The position numbers and the translations under genes were made by a program. Below are positions 1 through 10,395 of a stretch of 30,988 bases of DNA, piece after piece. Location: the NCBI GenBank assembly GCA_963663405.2, contig CAXXSM010000093.1, positions 1 to 30,988 of the forward strand. Reading direction: 5' to 3'. The stretch comes from a bacterium. GTDB lineage: Bacteria > Hinthialibacterota > Hinthialibacteria > Hinthialibacterales > Hinthialibacteraceae. The notes under the pieces were generated by a model that worked only from the letters and a program-made list of their open reading frames with translations, made no database searches and had not been told where the DNA came from. Position 1 is the first letter of the stretch, and every line of letters starts with the position of its first letter.

Positions 1-1699
1 TGACACCGCCGGGAACTCTGACCGTGAATTCGCCATTTTCATCAACAACGGTTTGAATAATGTAGAATGAATTGACCGGCTGCGTGTCAGATGGATCCGC
101 TGAATCCGGCACTTGATCTAAGGGGAAACCAAACACAAGAACATTCGCGCCGGGTTCCGCTTTTCCATCAACTTGAATGTTGGGGAACACGCGGGTAAAT
201 GTCAGATCGTATGGATCGATAGTGCTTTGTTTGGCGGGAACAACATCCGATGTGACATGGTTCCCTGCCTGATCGACGACGTCAAGGACGTAATCGTACG
301 CGGGGAGAGCGTTGAATGTAAAGGTTCCATCCGCTTCCGCAATACCGCCACCCGCGAAGAAGGGAGCGTCTCCATTCACGCTGCGCCCAACGATAATAAT
401 GAAGGAAAGAGGTTCAACGACGCCGCTGACATCGAAAGTATTATCGCTTTGGAGAACGGCAGTGGGTTGTTCGAAAATGACTGATTCCGTATCTGTCCCG
501 ACGGGCAGAAGATCCGTGGATACATTTGATAATGGATCGAGAACGCTCAGGAACACTTCTGGAAGCGTATCGTAAAGACCATCCTGTGTATAAACAGGCG
601 GAACGAGCAAAGAAAAGTTACCCGCGCCGTCTGCGATCGCTGAAGCCAACATATCGGATGAGACCGATTGCGCGCGATAGGCGGTGATAATCGAATAGGG
701 ATCCGCTATTCCTTGGATGACGGCAAGGCCATCAGCGCCGGGAGCGTCCGCATTGCCCCGTTCATTATTCGTAATGACAACGGGCGTTCCTTCGATCGCG
801 GCGGAGACATCATTCTGGACGGTGGCGAGAAAGATTTTCTGATCGCCGTTTTCATCCTCTGTAGTAATCCGGAGATACAGAATATCAGGCCGCTCACCAG
901 GAACCGAACTGTTCGCATCCGTAACCGCAAAGGGGAAGAAGGAACCATTGCTAACGAAATTCCCAAAAATAAAGTTTTCGGTTTGCACTACCAGCAGGCG
1001 CTTGGTCCGGTCAGGATTATTAATATCAGCGATAGGTTCAAGGTAAACGCCAATGGTAGAGAAGGGAGGCGCACTGCGAAGTGTTTCGGTCGCGCCCCCG
1101 CTACCGGAGATGCCCTCGAAAGTATCGAGTATCACTGACTTAGCCCCTTCATCCAGGAAGTACTGGGTTAAGAGCACTTTCCCAACAAGATCCGGATCCG
1201 TTTCGGAAACCACATCCAGAAGTATGTGAGGAGGTGTCCCGTTTTCGTAATCCCCACCCTGATATGCGATAAGCCGTTCAAGGATGGCTGGATCGTTGAG
1301 ATCGAGAGAGATGGTTCCCTCAATCGCGGGGGATCCATCATTCACAAGGACGGAGATAGAAGCGGTTTGGATATTCACCCCGTCGACAATACGGATAGGC
1401 GCCGTCCCAGTTCGAATGGGAAACTGGCCTGTGTAAGAAGCATACACGTTGAAGGTCTGGGCGCCGGCGGTAATAGTGACGGCGCTGATGGGGGGAACAG
1501 ATTCGGCCAATCCATAAAGGACAATATCGTTTCCATCTCTAACGAGAAGGACATCACCCAGCCGTCCGCTGGGATCCGTGATTTTCACTCGCGCGGCCTG
1601 ATCAGATTGAGCGGAGACCGGAGCGGGAAGGGCAATCACAAGAAAGAGAAGAACCGTGATCGCCTTCATTGCGCACACCAGCCTGTTTCGTTTTAACAT
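1..1699 (-). CDS. Large secreted Ig-like (Big-type) repeat surface protein, 3'-truncated by the window edge
   Basis: Hand translation gives an open frame from ATG 1699 to the window start, preceded by a GAGGAGG RBS. It begins MLKRNRLVCAMKAITVLLFLVIALPAPVSAQ (signal peptide). Repeated beta-rich motifs follow: GIADPYSII..ADGAGNFSLLVP, GVVEPLSFI..AEADGTFTF..VVDQAGN and GKAEPGANV..VDENGEFTVRVP. It is absent from the ORF track because there is no stop in the window. Confidence 0.8.
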   Translation of the reverse strand, partial: MLKRNRLVCAMKAITVLLFLVIALPAPVSAQSDQAARVKITDPSGRLGDVLLVRDGNDIVLYGLAESVPPISAVTITAGAQTFNVYASYTGQFPIRTGTAPIRIVDGVNIQTASISVLVNDGSPAIEGTISLDLNDPAILERLIAYQGGDYENGTPPHILLDVVSETDPDLVGKVLLTQYFLDEGAKSVILDTFEGISGSGGATETLRSAPPFSTIGVYLEPIADINNPDRTKRLLVVQTENFIFGNFVSNGSFFPFAVTDANSSVPGERPDILYLRITTEDENGDQKIFLATVQNDVSAAIEGTPVVITNNERGNADAPGADGLAVIQGIADPYSIITAYRAQSVSSDMLASAIADGAGNFSLLVPPVYTQDGLYDTLPEVFLSVLDPLSNVSTDLLPVGTDTESVIFEQPTAVLQSDNTFDVSGVVEPLSFIIIVGRSVNGDAPFFAGGGIAEADGTFTFNALPAYDYVLDVVDQAGNHVTSDVVPAKQSTIDPYDLTFTRVFPNIQVDGKAEPGANVLVFGFPLDQVPDSADPSDTQPVNSFYIIQTVVDENGEFTVRVPGGV

Positions 1700-1902
1700 T
1701 ATGCATCCTCCTCAAAAGGGGCCGTCTTTTGCGATCCAACTCAAGACGGATAGCAGAAAGTTTCAAAGACGTATTTTTATAATCGGACGGCAAAACGCCG
1801 GTCCGACTGGCTTACGATTCTTCTTCTACGATCTTCCAAAGAAGGAAAGGAAGAAAGCAGGTCATTTAAAGCAAATAGAACGGCCGACTTTCTACGCGCC
1901 GT

Positions 1903-2319
1903 TTATGAACTATCGTCCCCTGAATCGGGGAATTCGTTATTAGGTTCCGGTCTTCGTGGCTGAACATCGGCCACTAGGATATTCACCTCTTTAACCGCAT
2001 GACCGGTCATTTCTTCAATAACAACCTTAATTTCTTTTTGGATCGCATTGGTGACTTGGGGAATGGGGCGCCCTTCTTCAAGGGTGACGGTCATATCGAT
2101 CGTAACGTCCTCATCCCCAGTGGTGACTTTCACGCCTTTGGGGACATCACCACGCCCCCATACTTTCGAAAGGCTATCCACCAAACCATCCGCCGATTCC
2201 ATTCCCATCACTCCGGTGATTTTTTGTGTGCATGTCACCGCGATCGTTTCAAACACTTCATTGGAAACGCCAATATCTCCCAAATCACGGGGAGTGGAAT
2301 CGTTTTGTTCAGCCATCAT
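1903..2319 (-). CDS. Asp23/Gls24 family envelope stress (alkaline shock) protein
   Basis: Motifs GDIGVSNEVFETIA..ITGVMGM, KGVKV, IPQVTNAIQKEIKVVIEEMTGHAVKEVNILVADV. Confidence 0.9.
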   Translation of the reverse strand: MMAEQNDSTPRDLGDIGVSNEVFETIAVTCTQKITGVMGMESADGLVDSLSKVWGRGDVPKGVKVTTGDEDVTIDMTVTLEEGRPIPQVTNAIQKEIKVVIEEMTGHAVKEVNILVADVQPRRPEPNNEFPDSGDDSS

Positions 2320-2611
2320 TGGGATCTATTTGACCCACGGATTCTTTCATATATTTCCCGGCTTTAAATTGGACGATGTTCCGGGAGGGAACATCGGCGG
2401 TTTCCTTCGTGACCGGGTTACGCCCAATCCGGGCAGGTGTTCGTTTGACTTTAAACACACCAAAATTACGCACTTCAATACGGCCTTCACGAGCCAAGGT
2501 TTCAATAAACGTATCAAAGACGCATTCAACTATGGCCTTTGTATGATTCTTTTTTAACTTTGTTTTTTGAGAAACGATCTCAATTATTTCTTTTTTTGTC
2601 ACGCGAGACAA
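2309..2611 (-). CDS. HU/IHF family DNA-binding protein
   Basis: TKKEII, GRIEVRNFGVFKVKRTPARIGRNPVTKE..VPSRNIVQFKAGK signature. TTG start; overlaps the Asp23 start. Confidence 0.95.
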   Translation of the reverse strand: MSRVTKKEIIEIVSQKTKLKKNHTKAIVECVFDTFIETLAREGRIEVRNFGVFKVKRTPARIGRNPVTKETADVPSRNIVQFKAGKYMKESVGQIDPNDG

Positions 2612-2738
2612 ACTCCCGAATGCCTTTACTTTACGGGATAGGATTGAATATAAGAGACTGCGATTTATATACTAACATCACCTGATTTTACATCCAATCA
2701 AATCAACCGGTTTTATTCCGGCTCCCTGTATTATTATG

Positions 2739-2810
<72 letters not shown>

Positions 2811-2875
2811 TCAGTATGTTTGAAAGTTTATCCCTCGGCCAATATGTTATTTTACGAAAACCACACTACGCCCTA

Positions 2876-2904
2876 ACGTTACAACATCCCTAGTTTATTG
2901 TCAA
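2876..2904 (-). promoter_or_regulatory. Sigma70-type promoter for tRNA-fMet/HU/Asp23
   Basis: TTGACA-17 nt-TAACGT on the minus strand, about 65 nt upstream of the tRNA. Confidence 0.6.
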
Positions 2905-3005
2905 GGAAATTTTGCTGTTTCCAGATAAAAAAAGACCAAAATTATCTGATTTCAAAGTATTTGCAAATCCGGCATTCATTCAGACCATGTCCCACGAATC
3001 CCGGA

Positions 3006-3323
3006 TTAGGGGGATTCAACAGCGGGAACAAAGGTAATCAGAACTTCATCCGGTTCCAGATAATTCATTTTTTCCCTCGCCACTTGTTCCCATGCGGCGG
3101 GATCTGTGACAAGGCTCTGCGCCCATTTTTCCATTTGCGCCTGTTTCTTCTCTAAAACAGCGATGTCATAAGATAAACGAAACAAGACACTTCGGTACTC
3201 ATGAACCTGGTCATAGCGATGACAGAGAACCGTCAAACCGACGACAATCGTCAGCGCTAACACGAGAAGCAAAATCCACGAGACACTATCATGAAGCAAC
3301 GCTTTTAAATAGTGAAGCATCAT
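3006..3323 (-). CDS. ftsB: Septum formation initiator, FtsB/DivIC family
   Basis: N-terminal TM helix, coiled coil and DPAAWEQVAREKMNYLEPDEVLI motif. Conserved position directly after eno. Confidence 0.8.
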   Translation of the reverse strand: MMLHYLKALLHDSVSWILLLVLALTIVVGLTVLCHRYDQVHEYRSVLFRLSYDIAVLEKKQAQMEKWAQSLVTDPAAWEQVAREKMNYLEPDEVLITFVPAVESP

Positions 3324-3336
3324 AACCTATATTGGA

Positions 3337-4635
<1,299 letters not shown>

Positions 4636-5125
4636 CTACGCTCCTTTAATGTATTGTTTAGAATAGAACTTCCACCCATCGCTCGATTCCGAAAAGACGA
4701 AATCCATCCCCGCTTATGCGCAATCCATTTCCCTCCCAGCTTAAATAAGGATGTGAAGATGGATGAAAATGAGTCCAATATTATCAGCGAGTAAGACTCA
4801 TCGTCATAGTTGAGCACACAAAATATAGCGGATAAAGAATTTAATGTCAATAACATTACTGTAAAGAATATATAAATCTTTTTCGAGCTCAAGAAAACAG
4901 AGTTCGTTTACGGATTCTTGAGCGATTGAGTATGGAATCATTCTTTTATTTATTTTAATGATATTGGAATTCGGTGGAAGCCTTCAGGGGAATAGTTTTA
5001 TGTGAGGAGAGTATTATGTGAGTAGACACTAAGTTCTTAAAAAATCGATACAATTATTTATCATAAGCAGTATAAATCCATCGATTTAAATTGAAAGAGT
5101 ATAAAGATCATTTAAATTTTTTATA

Positions 5126-5145
5126 CGGGCGGGACGCCCGCGCTC
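5126..5145. repeat. REP-like palindromic extragenic element, copy 1 (CGGGCGGGACGCCCGCGCTC)
   Basis: Identical 20-mer at 17745-17764. Contains the hairpin GCGGG-ACG-CCCGC and is a GC-rich island in AT-rich intergenic DNA. Confidence 0.75.
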
Positions 5146-5150
5146 TATAG

Positions 5151-5188
5151 ATTCCCCGGAAAGAATCTGACTTTCCGGGGAATTTTTA
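5151..5188. terminator. Intrinsic terminator hairpin downstream of the 777-aa gene
   Basis: ATTCCCCGGAAAG-aatctga-CTTTCCGGGGAAT forms a 13-bp perfect stem. The T-tract is on the + side, so it may be bidirectional. Confidence 0.75.
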
Positions 5189-5206
5189 ATTTGGAATAAC
5201 GGATTA

Positions 5207-7540
5207 TTAATAGACTGTAATCGTCACATTGTCTTTGATGTCTTCATAGGCGACGCTTTCTTTGGGGATGATCTTGAATGGGATTTGAATGACCATGGTG
5301 GTTTGAGACTGAGGGCCATTTGGAACGCTAGTTGTAAATCCCATCATTCCCCCTCCCATGCCTCCCATGCCCATCATACCTTCTCCCATACCTCCCATAC
5401 CCATCATGCCCATTTCCATGCCACCCATATTTTTACCGCCCATTCCCATCATTTCTTCTTCTGGCGGATTGGAATCATCAAAGGGGTCTTTGGATTCTTG
5501 TTCTTTTGATTCTTGTTCCTGTTGGATTTGGGCTTCGAGGAGTTTTCGTTGGGCTTCATTCAAGTTTTTTTGAGCCTTCAGAATTTTTTCTTCACACTCT
5601 TGCACTTCTTGTTGGCTTACATTGCCTCTTTCATTCAGAACTTGATAATACTTTTTCTGTTGTTCGGCGATTTCGACTTCTTTTTGACAGATTTCGACAT
5701 CACTCTTTAATAAATCAAGCAATATGCTCCGCTTCCCCTCTTCATCTCCGCTCGCGCTCTTAACCTTAATTTCAATATGTTCCTGTTCTTTTTCTTTGGG
5801 AACAATGATTTTTTGTTCGACAGCCATTTCTGATTCTTGAAAATCCTTTTCCGCTTCCATGTATTTCCGTTCGGCTTCATTCATGTCTTTTTTCGCTTGA
5901 AGCAGTTTTTCTTCCGCTTCAAACACATCTTGTGAAGAAACCATTCCACTTTCGTATCTGAGTTTCATTTCTTTAAGATTCTTTTCAGCGATTTCGATCC
6001 GCTGCGAATTGAGTTCCAGATCTTTTTTCCGGGATTCTAGAATTCTTTTCGCTTCTTCGATTCGCTTCTTTAGCGCTTGGCTATGGACGATTACAGGTTC
6101 GCCATTATTCGTTTGCGCCAAAACGATCTCTAGGTTTTCAAGTTCGTCTTGCGTTTCAGCATCTCGAAGTCTTTGCTCTGCGCGTTTTAGAACATCTTCC
6201 GCGTTTTTGACTCTTCTTTCCATCACCTTAAATCGATTTTGATCGGATGTTCCCGCTTCTAACTCTTTTTGAAGAGCGTCTTTCTCTTTTTTCGCGAGAT
6301 CAAATTTCTTTATTTTTTCTTCCACTTCTTTTCTCAGCGCCACGATACGCTCTTTGCTTTTGTTTGTGGCGATTTTGGTTTGAAACTGGATGATTTTTTC
6401 CCGGACATCTTTTAAATCATCCTCTTTGGGGTCGACAACGACTACTTCTGGTTCTTGATTCCCGCCCGATTGCGCTCTAGCGATTGTGTACATCCGTTTG
6501 GCGTTAGTTATATCCGGAAGCATTTTACTTGTCTGCTCGTAGATTTTTTTTGGATCCTCTTTCATCGTCTTATAGAATTCACGATTCTTTTCATAAAGCG
6601 AAGGCGCCTGGAAACCACCAAAGCCAGTCCACATGTTGGATTGGGGATTGCTGACGACAATCGTGATGATTTCATCGTCTTTAAATCCCTCAAACCGATA
6701 TCCATATTTCGCGATAGCGCCGATAACGGTTTTCTTCAATGTTTCGATTTTTTCTTTATCTAACTTTTCTGTATCTCCTTGAACGAAAGGATCCCAACCG
6801 GTTTTCTTTTTTGAGATCACAACATTTGTTGGCATTCCCCCAAAAGGCTGCATGACCAACTCGCCTTCATACTGATCCCACAGGTCTTTCTCATTCTCCT
6901 TATTTTCTTCTTCTGACATTTCTGAGTACCGAAGCGGGAATCCAACTTGCAGATTGAAATGAAGACCCGTGTTGGGAATCCAAAATCCACGGCAGCCTTG
7001 TTTAAACATCCCCTGGGGTTCGTAATCCGATCCCGATAATTCTCTTCCCAGCAGGTCATCTATAATTTTGCACATGATCGCAATGGATCGTTTCGTTTTA
7101 GAGATCCATTGCTTGTCAGGTGGAGCGCTTACCGCGCTGTAATAACTATTCACCATTCGTGTCGAACGACCATAACTGGCGCTGTTGCTGGCGCCGTAGG
7201 CGCCGCCACCATAGCCGCCGGTACGGACTGTCCCACCGTAGACGCCGGCTCCACTTTCATGACCAGCGCTCTTTGATTCAGATTTCGCCTCTTTATCCGA
7301 TTCTTTTTCTGGCTGCGCGGGTGAAGCGGCGGGTGGATCGGCTGGTTTAACCGATTCTGGAGCGGTGACTTGTGTCAACCAGGAATCCCAAGTTGATTTT
7401 TTAGCCGGCGCTGGTTTTTCCTCCGGAAGATTTATTTTTTGTAAAGTAGGTTCACTTTGCAGATCTTCCATTGAATAGACCGTCATTCCAGTAAAAATTG
7501 TAATAGAAAGAATGATAGTAATGAGTATACTTTTTTTCAT
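5207..7540 (-). CDS. Exported hypothetical protein with TolC/OEP-like alpha-hairpin repeats and a Met/Gly-rich tract
   Basis: Signal peptide MKKSILITIILS. Repeats KLRYESGMVSSQDVFEAEEKLLQAK and QVLNERGNVSQQEVQECEEKILKAQ, plus an MGGM tract near the C-terminus. Confidence 0.75.
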   Translation of the reverse strand: MKKSILITIILSITIFTGMTVYSMEDLQSEPTLQKINLPEEKPAPAKKSTWDSWLTQVTAPESVKPADPPAASPAQPEKESDKEAKSESKSAGHESGAGVYGGTVRTGGYGGGAYGASNSASYGRSTRMVNSYYSAVSAPPDKQWISKTKRSIAIMCKIIDDLLGRELSGSDYEPQGMFKQGCRGFWIPNTGLHFNLQVGFPLRYSEMSEEENKENEKDLWDQYEGELVMQPFGGMPTNVVISKKKTGWDPFVQGDTEKLDKEKIETLKKTVIGAIAKYGYRFEGFKDDEIITIVVSNPQSNMWTGFGGFQAPSLYEKNREFYKTMKEDPKKIYEQTSKMLPDITNAKRMYTIARAQSGGNQEPEVVVVDPKEDDLKDVREKIIQFQTKIATNKSKERIVALRKEVEEKIKKFDLAKKEKDALQKELEAGTSDQNRFKVMERRVKNAEDVLKRAEQRLRDAETQDELENLEIVLAQTNNGEPVIVHSQALKKRIEEAKRILESRKKDLELNSQRIEIAEKNLKEMKLRYESGMVSSQDVFEAEEKLLQAKKDMNEAERKYMEAEKDFQESEMAVEQKIIVPKEKEQEHIEIKVKSASGDEEGKRSILLDLLKSDVEICQKEVEIAEQQKKYYQVLNERGNVSQQEVQECEEKILKAQKNLNEAQRKLLEAQIQQEQESKEQESKDPFDDSNPPEEEMMGMGGKNMGGMEMGMMGMGGMGEGMMGMGGMGGGMMGFTTSVPNGPQSQTTMVIQIPFKIIPKESVAYEDIKDNVTITVY

Positions 7541-7611
7541 GATTTCACCTCATGTTTTCTAAAATGGAATTTTAAAACTTATAACCGTTATATTTGTTTA
7601 TTCACAGCAAA

Positions 7612-7639
7612 TAACACATAACCCGGGTTTTATGTGTTA
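7612..7639. terminator. Inverted repeat (terminator or operator) between the anti-sigma gene and the 777-aa gene
   Basis: TAACACATAA-cccgggtt-TTATGTGTTA, a 10-bp perfect stem. Confidence 0.45.
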
Positions 7640-7684
7640 ATTGTATCTAGTTTCTTAATTTACGTTATACAAACCTCTATCGTG

Positions 7685-8338
7685 TCAATAACTGTTTTTT
7701 GGATCGTAGGGAATCGGCTGTGTCGTCATCGCGTACATTTGATTGAGCCGTTTGTTTATTTCGAGAGAGAGTTCAGATGTAAACTGTTTCCATTGTTCCG
7801 AGACGATCCTTCGATCTTGCTTTTGTAGAAAGGTTAATAACTTGACAGATTCATCTAAAGCGTCTTGGCGGCCAGCGGTTAATTCAGATAGATTCTGGAC
7901 TTTCTGAACCGCTTGAGTAAGTTCTTCAACAATAGAGAGATAGGAAGACGCAAATTCTGTTTGAACCTCTTCCCGTATGGTCTGCGCGTCAGCGGCGGGA
8001 CCGAAGGCTATACGGTACTCACCTATTTGGAAGGCGATTCCCTGTGTCGCCGCAGTCAGGAAGAACGCAAGGAAAACAGCCGCGGCGGCGAACCAACGCT
8101 TCCATGATTTACCCGTTCTGGAAGAAGCCGCAATTTGAGACGCGCTCAGAGGGATATCCGAAGCGGATTGTTCCTCCAATTGGTTCAGGAGCGCGTGTGT
8201 TTTTTTCATCTCTTCGAATTCGATCCGCTCTTCTGGATGTTTGGACAAGTAGATTTGCAACCGGCGCCGGTCGTCAGCGTTGATTTCATCATATAACATA
8301 CAAGCGGCCAATTGTTCGAATTCATTTCGGTCCATCAT
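7685..8338 (-). CDS. Putative membrane-anchored anti-sigma factor
   Basis: Likely start MMDRNEF after an AAGGAG RBS. ASD-like N-terminus (LYDEINADDRRRLQIYLSKHPEERIEFEEM), one TM helix (WFAAAAVFLAFFL) and a coiled-coil periplasmic part. Lies directly after the ECF sigma gene. Confidence 0.75.
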   Translation of the reverse strand: MMDRNEFEQLAACMLYDEINADDRRRLQIYLSKHPEERIEFEEMKKTHALLNQLEEQSASDIPLSASQIAASSRTGKSWKRWFAAAAVFLAFFLTAATQGIAFQIGEYRIAFGPAADAQTIREEVQTEFASSYLSIVEELTQAVQKVQNLSELTAGRQDALDESVKLLTFLQKQDRRIVSEQWKQFTSELSLEINKRLNQMYAMTTQPIPYDPKNSY

Positions 8339-8376
8339 CTGCTCCTTCTTCTTCGATGCAATTTCATTGATGGGAT

Positions 8377-8967
8377 CTACGCGCGCTGAAGGCAATCAAT
8401 ATCCAACACGCCCATCCGTTTCAATTCTTTCCGCAAGGCCGAAAGTCCCCGGTAGACGCGGGTTTTGATGGTACTTTCCGGGGCGCCCAGGACTTCGGCG
8501 ATCTCTTTAAAATTCAAATTTTCGAAATGACGCATAACGAGAGCGATCCGTTCTTTGCCGGGGATCCGGCGCAACGCTTCGCGTACGATGCGGCTCAATT
8601 CTCCATTCTCCGCGGCCGAACGGGAATTGGTCGTGAGTGAATCTGGACACGCTTCGGAGAGTGAGCCGGTTAGTTCCTCCATGGGACACATATCAGGATT
8701 CCTTTTCCTTGACACTTTATCGATCACCAAATTCGTGGCGATTCGGTAGATCCAAGGGGAAAACGGCCGATTCCCTTTGAATGATTTTCGTTTTACATAA
8801 ATCCGCAGGAATAATTCCTGCCGGAGATCCTCCGCTTCCACTGACACGCCGACGCAACGAAAGAAATAATTAAGCATTCGTTTGTCCCAGCGTTGAATCA
8901 GCAATTCAAACGACGCCAACGAGCCTTTTTGGCTCTGGAGCATCAATTGTTCATCGGTCAGCGGCAT
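8377..8967 (-). CDS. ECF-family RNA polymerase sigma factor
   Basis: TDEQLM..SFELLIQRW, AEDLRQELFLRI, FSPWIYRIATNLVID, and a region 4 HTH LNFKEIAEVLGAPESTIKTRVYRG. Confidence 0.95.
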   Translation of the reverse strand: MPLTDEQLMLQSQKGSLASFELLIQRWDKRMLNYFFRCVGVSVEAEDLRQELFLRIYVKRKSFKGNRPFSPWIYRIATNLVIDKVSRKRNPDMCPMEELTGSLSEACPDSLTTNSRSAAENGELSRIVREALRRIPGKERIALVMRHFENLNFKEIAEVLGAPESTIKTRVYRGLSALRKELKRMGVLDIDCLQRA

Positions 8968-9194
8968 CCCACACCCTCGTTCGTTCTCTCTTATTACATA
9001 TATTCATACGGATTTCACAAATAAAAAGTCGGTGTTTTTTCAAGAATCAAAGTATTTTTGTTTTCTATAGATTATGGAATCGCTCTTTACGCTTCACATA
9101 TATCCCAATTTTCTTACTCCCCCCGTATTATCAGCCAAGAAAACAACTTACAATCTCGAAAAGGATCATTCATCAATGAATAAAGGAATCCATA

Positions 9195-10369
9195 ATGAAG
9201 CGACGTGATTTTTTGTATACCTCAGTAGGGGCCATGACCGCGGTTTGTGGAGTGAATTCGAATGGGGTTGGGTTGGAGGAGACCACGCGAGCGGGAACGA
9301 GGAAATTGAAATACCTTGGATGGCAGGTGGGGCTGACCTACCAGACATCGAATCCTTCGGGCCTCGATCGGGATTACCTGCTTCGCCTACTGGATACGAT
9401 GAATGAGAATGGGATGAATATGCTCAGCCTGATGATGATCAGCTATGGGTATTACGATCCTCTTCACGACGGTTACTGCTGGCCCGTTCAAAATCCGAAA
9501 CTCCGCGCCAATTGGGATTCTCAATCAACCAATGGCCGGGAATCAACGGAATTTGTGTCCCGAATCATCGAAGAAGCCGCCGCGCGGGATATCGAGATTC
9601 AATTGATGATGAATTGGGGCATATGGACGACCGGGAAAATGAAGGCAGGCTATCCCTCGATCCGGACTCAGCAATCGCGAGAGGGCGAATCTCATCCCTG
9701 CCTTCACTGCCCCGACTCGGAAGGCGCCTGGCAGGCGGGATTGGATGAAGTGGAAGACCTGTTGACATACTACAATCACCCCAATGTGACGAGTTACGCG
9801 TTCGAACGCATCAGCTACGCCAGCGCCAATTACTGCTTCTGCCCGGATACGCAGGCAGCGTTTTAAACGCGAAACCGGTCATTCTATTTTCGAGGTGGAG
9901 GAAACGGAACTGGAGACATGGAAAAAACGTCATATCGGATTGGTTATATAAAAAAGTATATTGACCACATTAAGAAAATCCGGCCGGATATTTCTGTCTG
10001 TCTCCACACGCAGTGCGCCAAAGGATGGGGGCACGATCCCAGCCCGGATGCGCGGCTATGGGATCGATTTCCTTCAACCGCACACCATCCAGTTTCAGGA
10101 AACCCAAAAACAGACGTATGAGAAATTGGACTCTCTCGCGCCCAATCCATGCGTCCTGCATTTCTGCGTACGTGACCGGCGGCCGGAGAACTACAAGTTA
10201 TGGCTTAAAAATCCAGCCATCATCGCGGAGGTGATGGGACTGGATCTATGACTATCCCGGCGATAACATCGCAGGGATTCTATTCTTCAATGAAACCGCC
10301 ACTTCCCCTCGCAACAAACAAGCCGTCTATGATTTAATCAAGCGATTTCATATTGAAAAAGATGGATGA
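9195..10369 (+). CDS. Tat-exported hypothetical protein, possible glycoside-hydrolase-like TIM barrel (about 4 frameshifts)
   Basis: Twin-arginine signal MKRRDFL. The reading continues through frame changes near 9862, 9940, 10040 and 10237 (..GYIKKYIDHIKKIRPDISVCLHTQC..GIDFLQPH..DWIYDYPGDNIAGILFFNE) to TGA at 10367-10369. Confidence 0.6.
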
Positions 10370-10395
10370 GTACATTAAGGAGGAGAGCGTCCAGT

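Noticed and set aside
173-1696. Plus-strand ORFs of 87-156 aa
   Set aside because: They are antisense shadows of the long minus-strand Ig-repeat ORF.
4887-5022. GCTCAAGAA/TTCTTGAGC inverted repeat and TTATGTGAG direct repeat upstream of eno
   Set aside because: These 9-bp matches in AT-rich DNA could be chance, and there is no further support.
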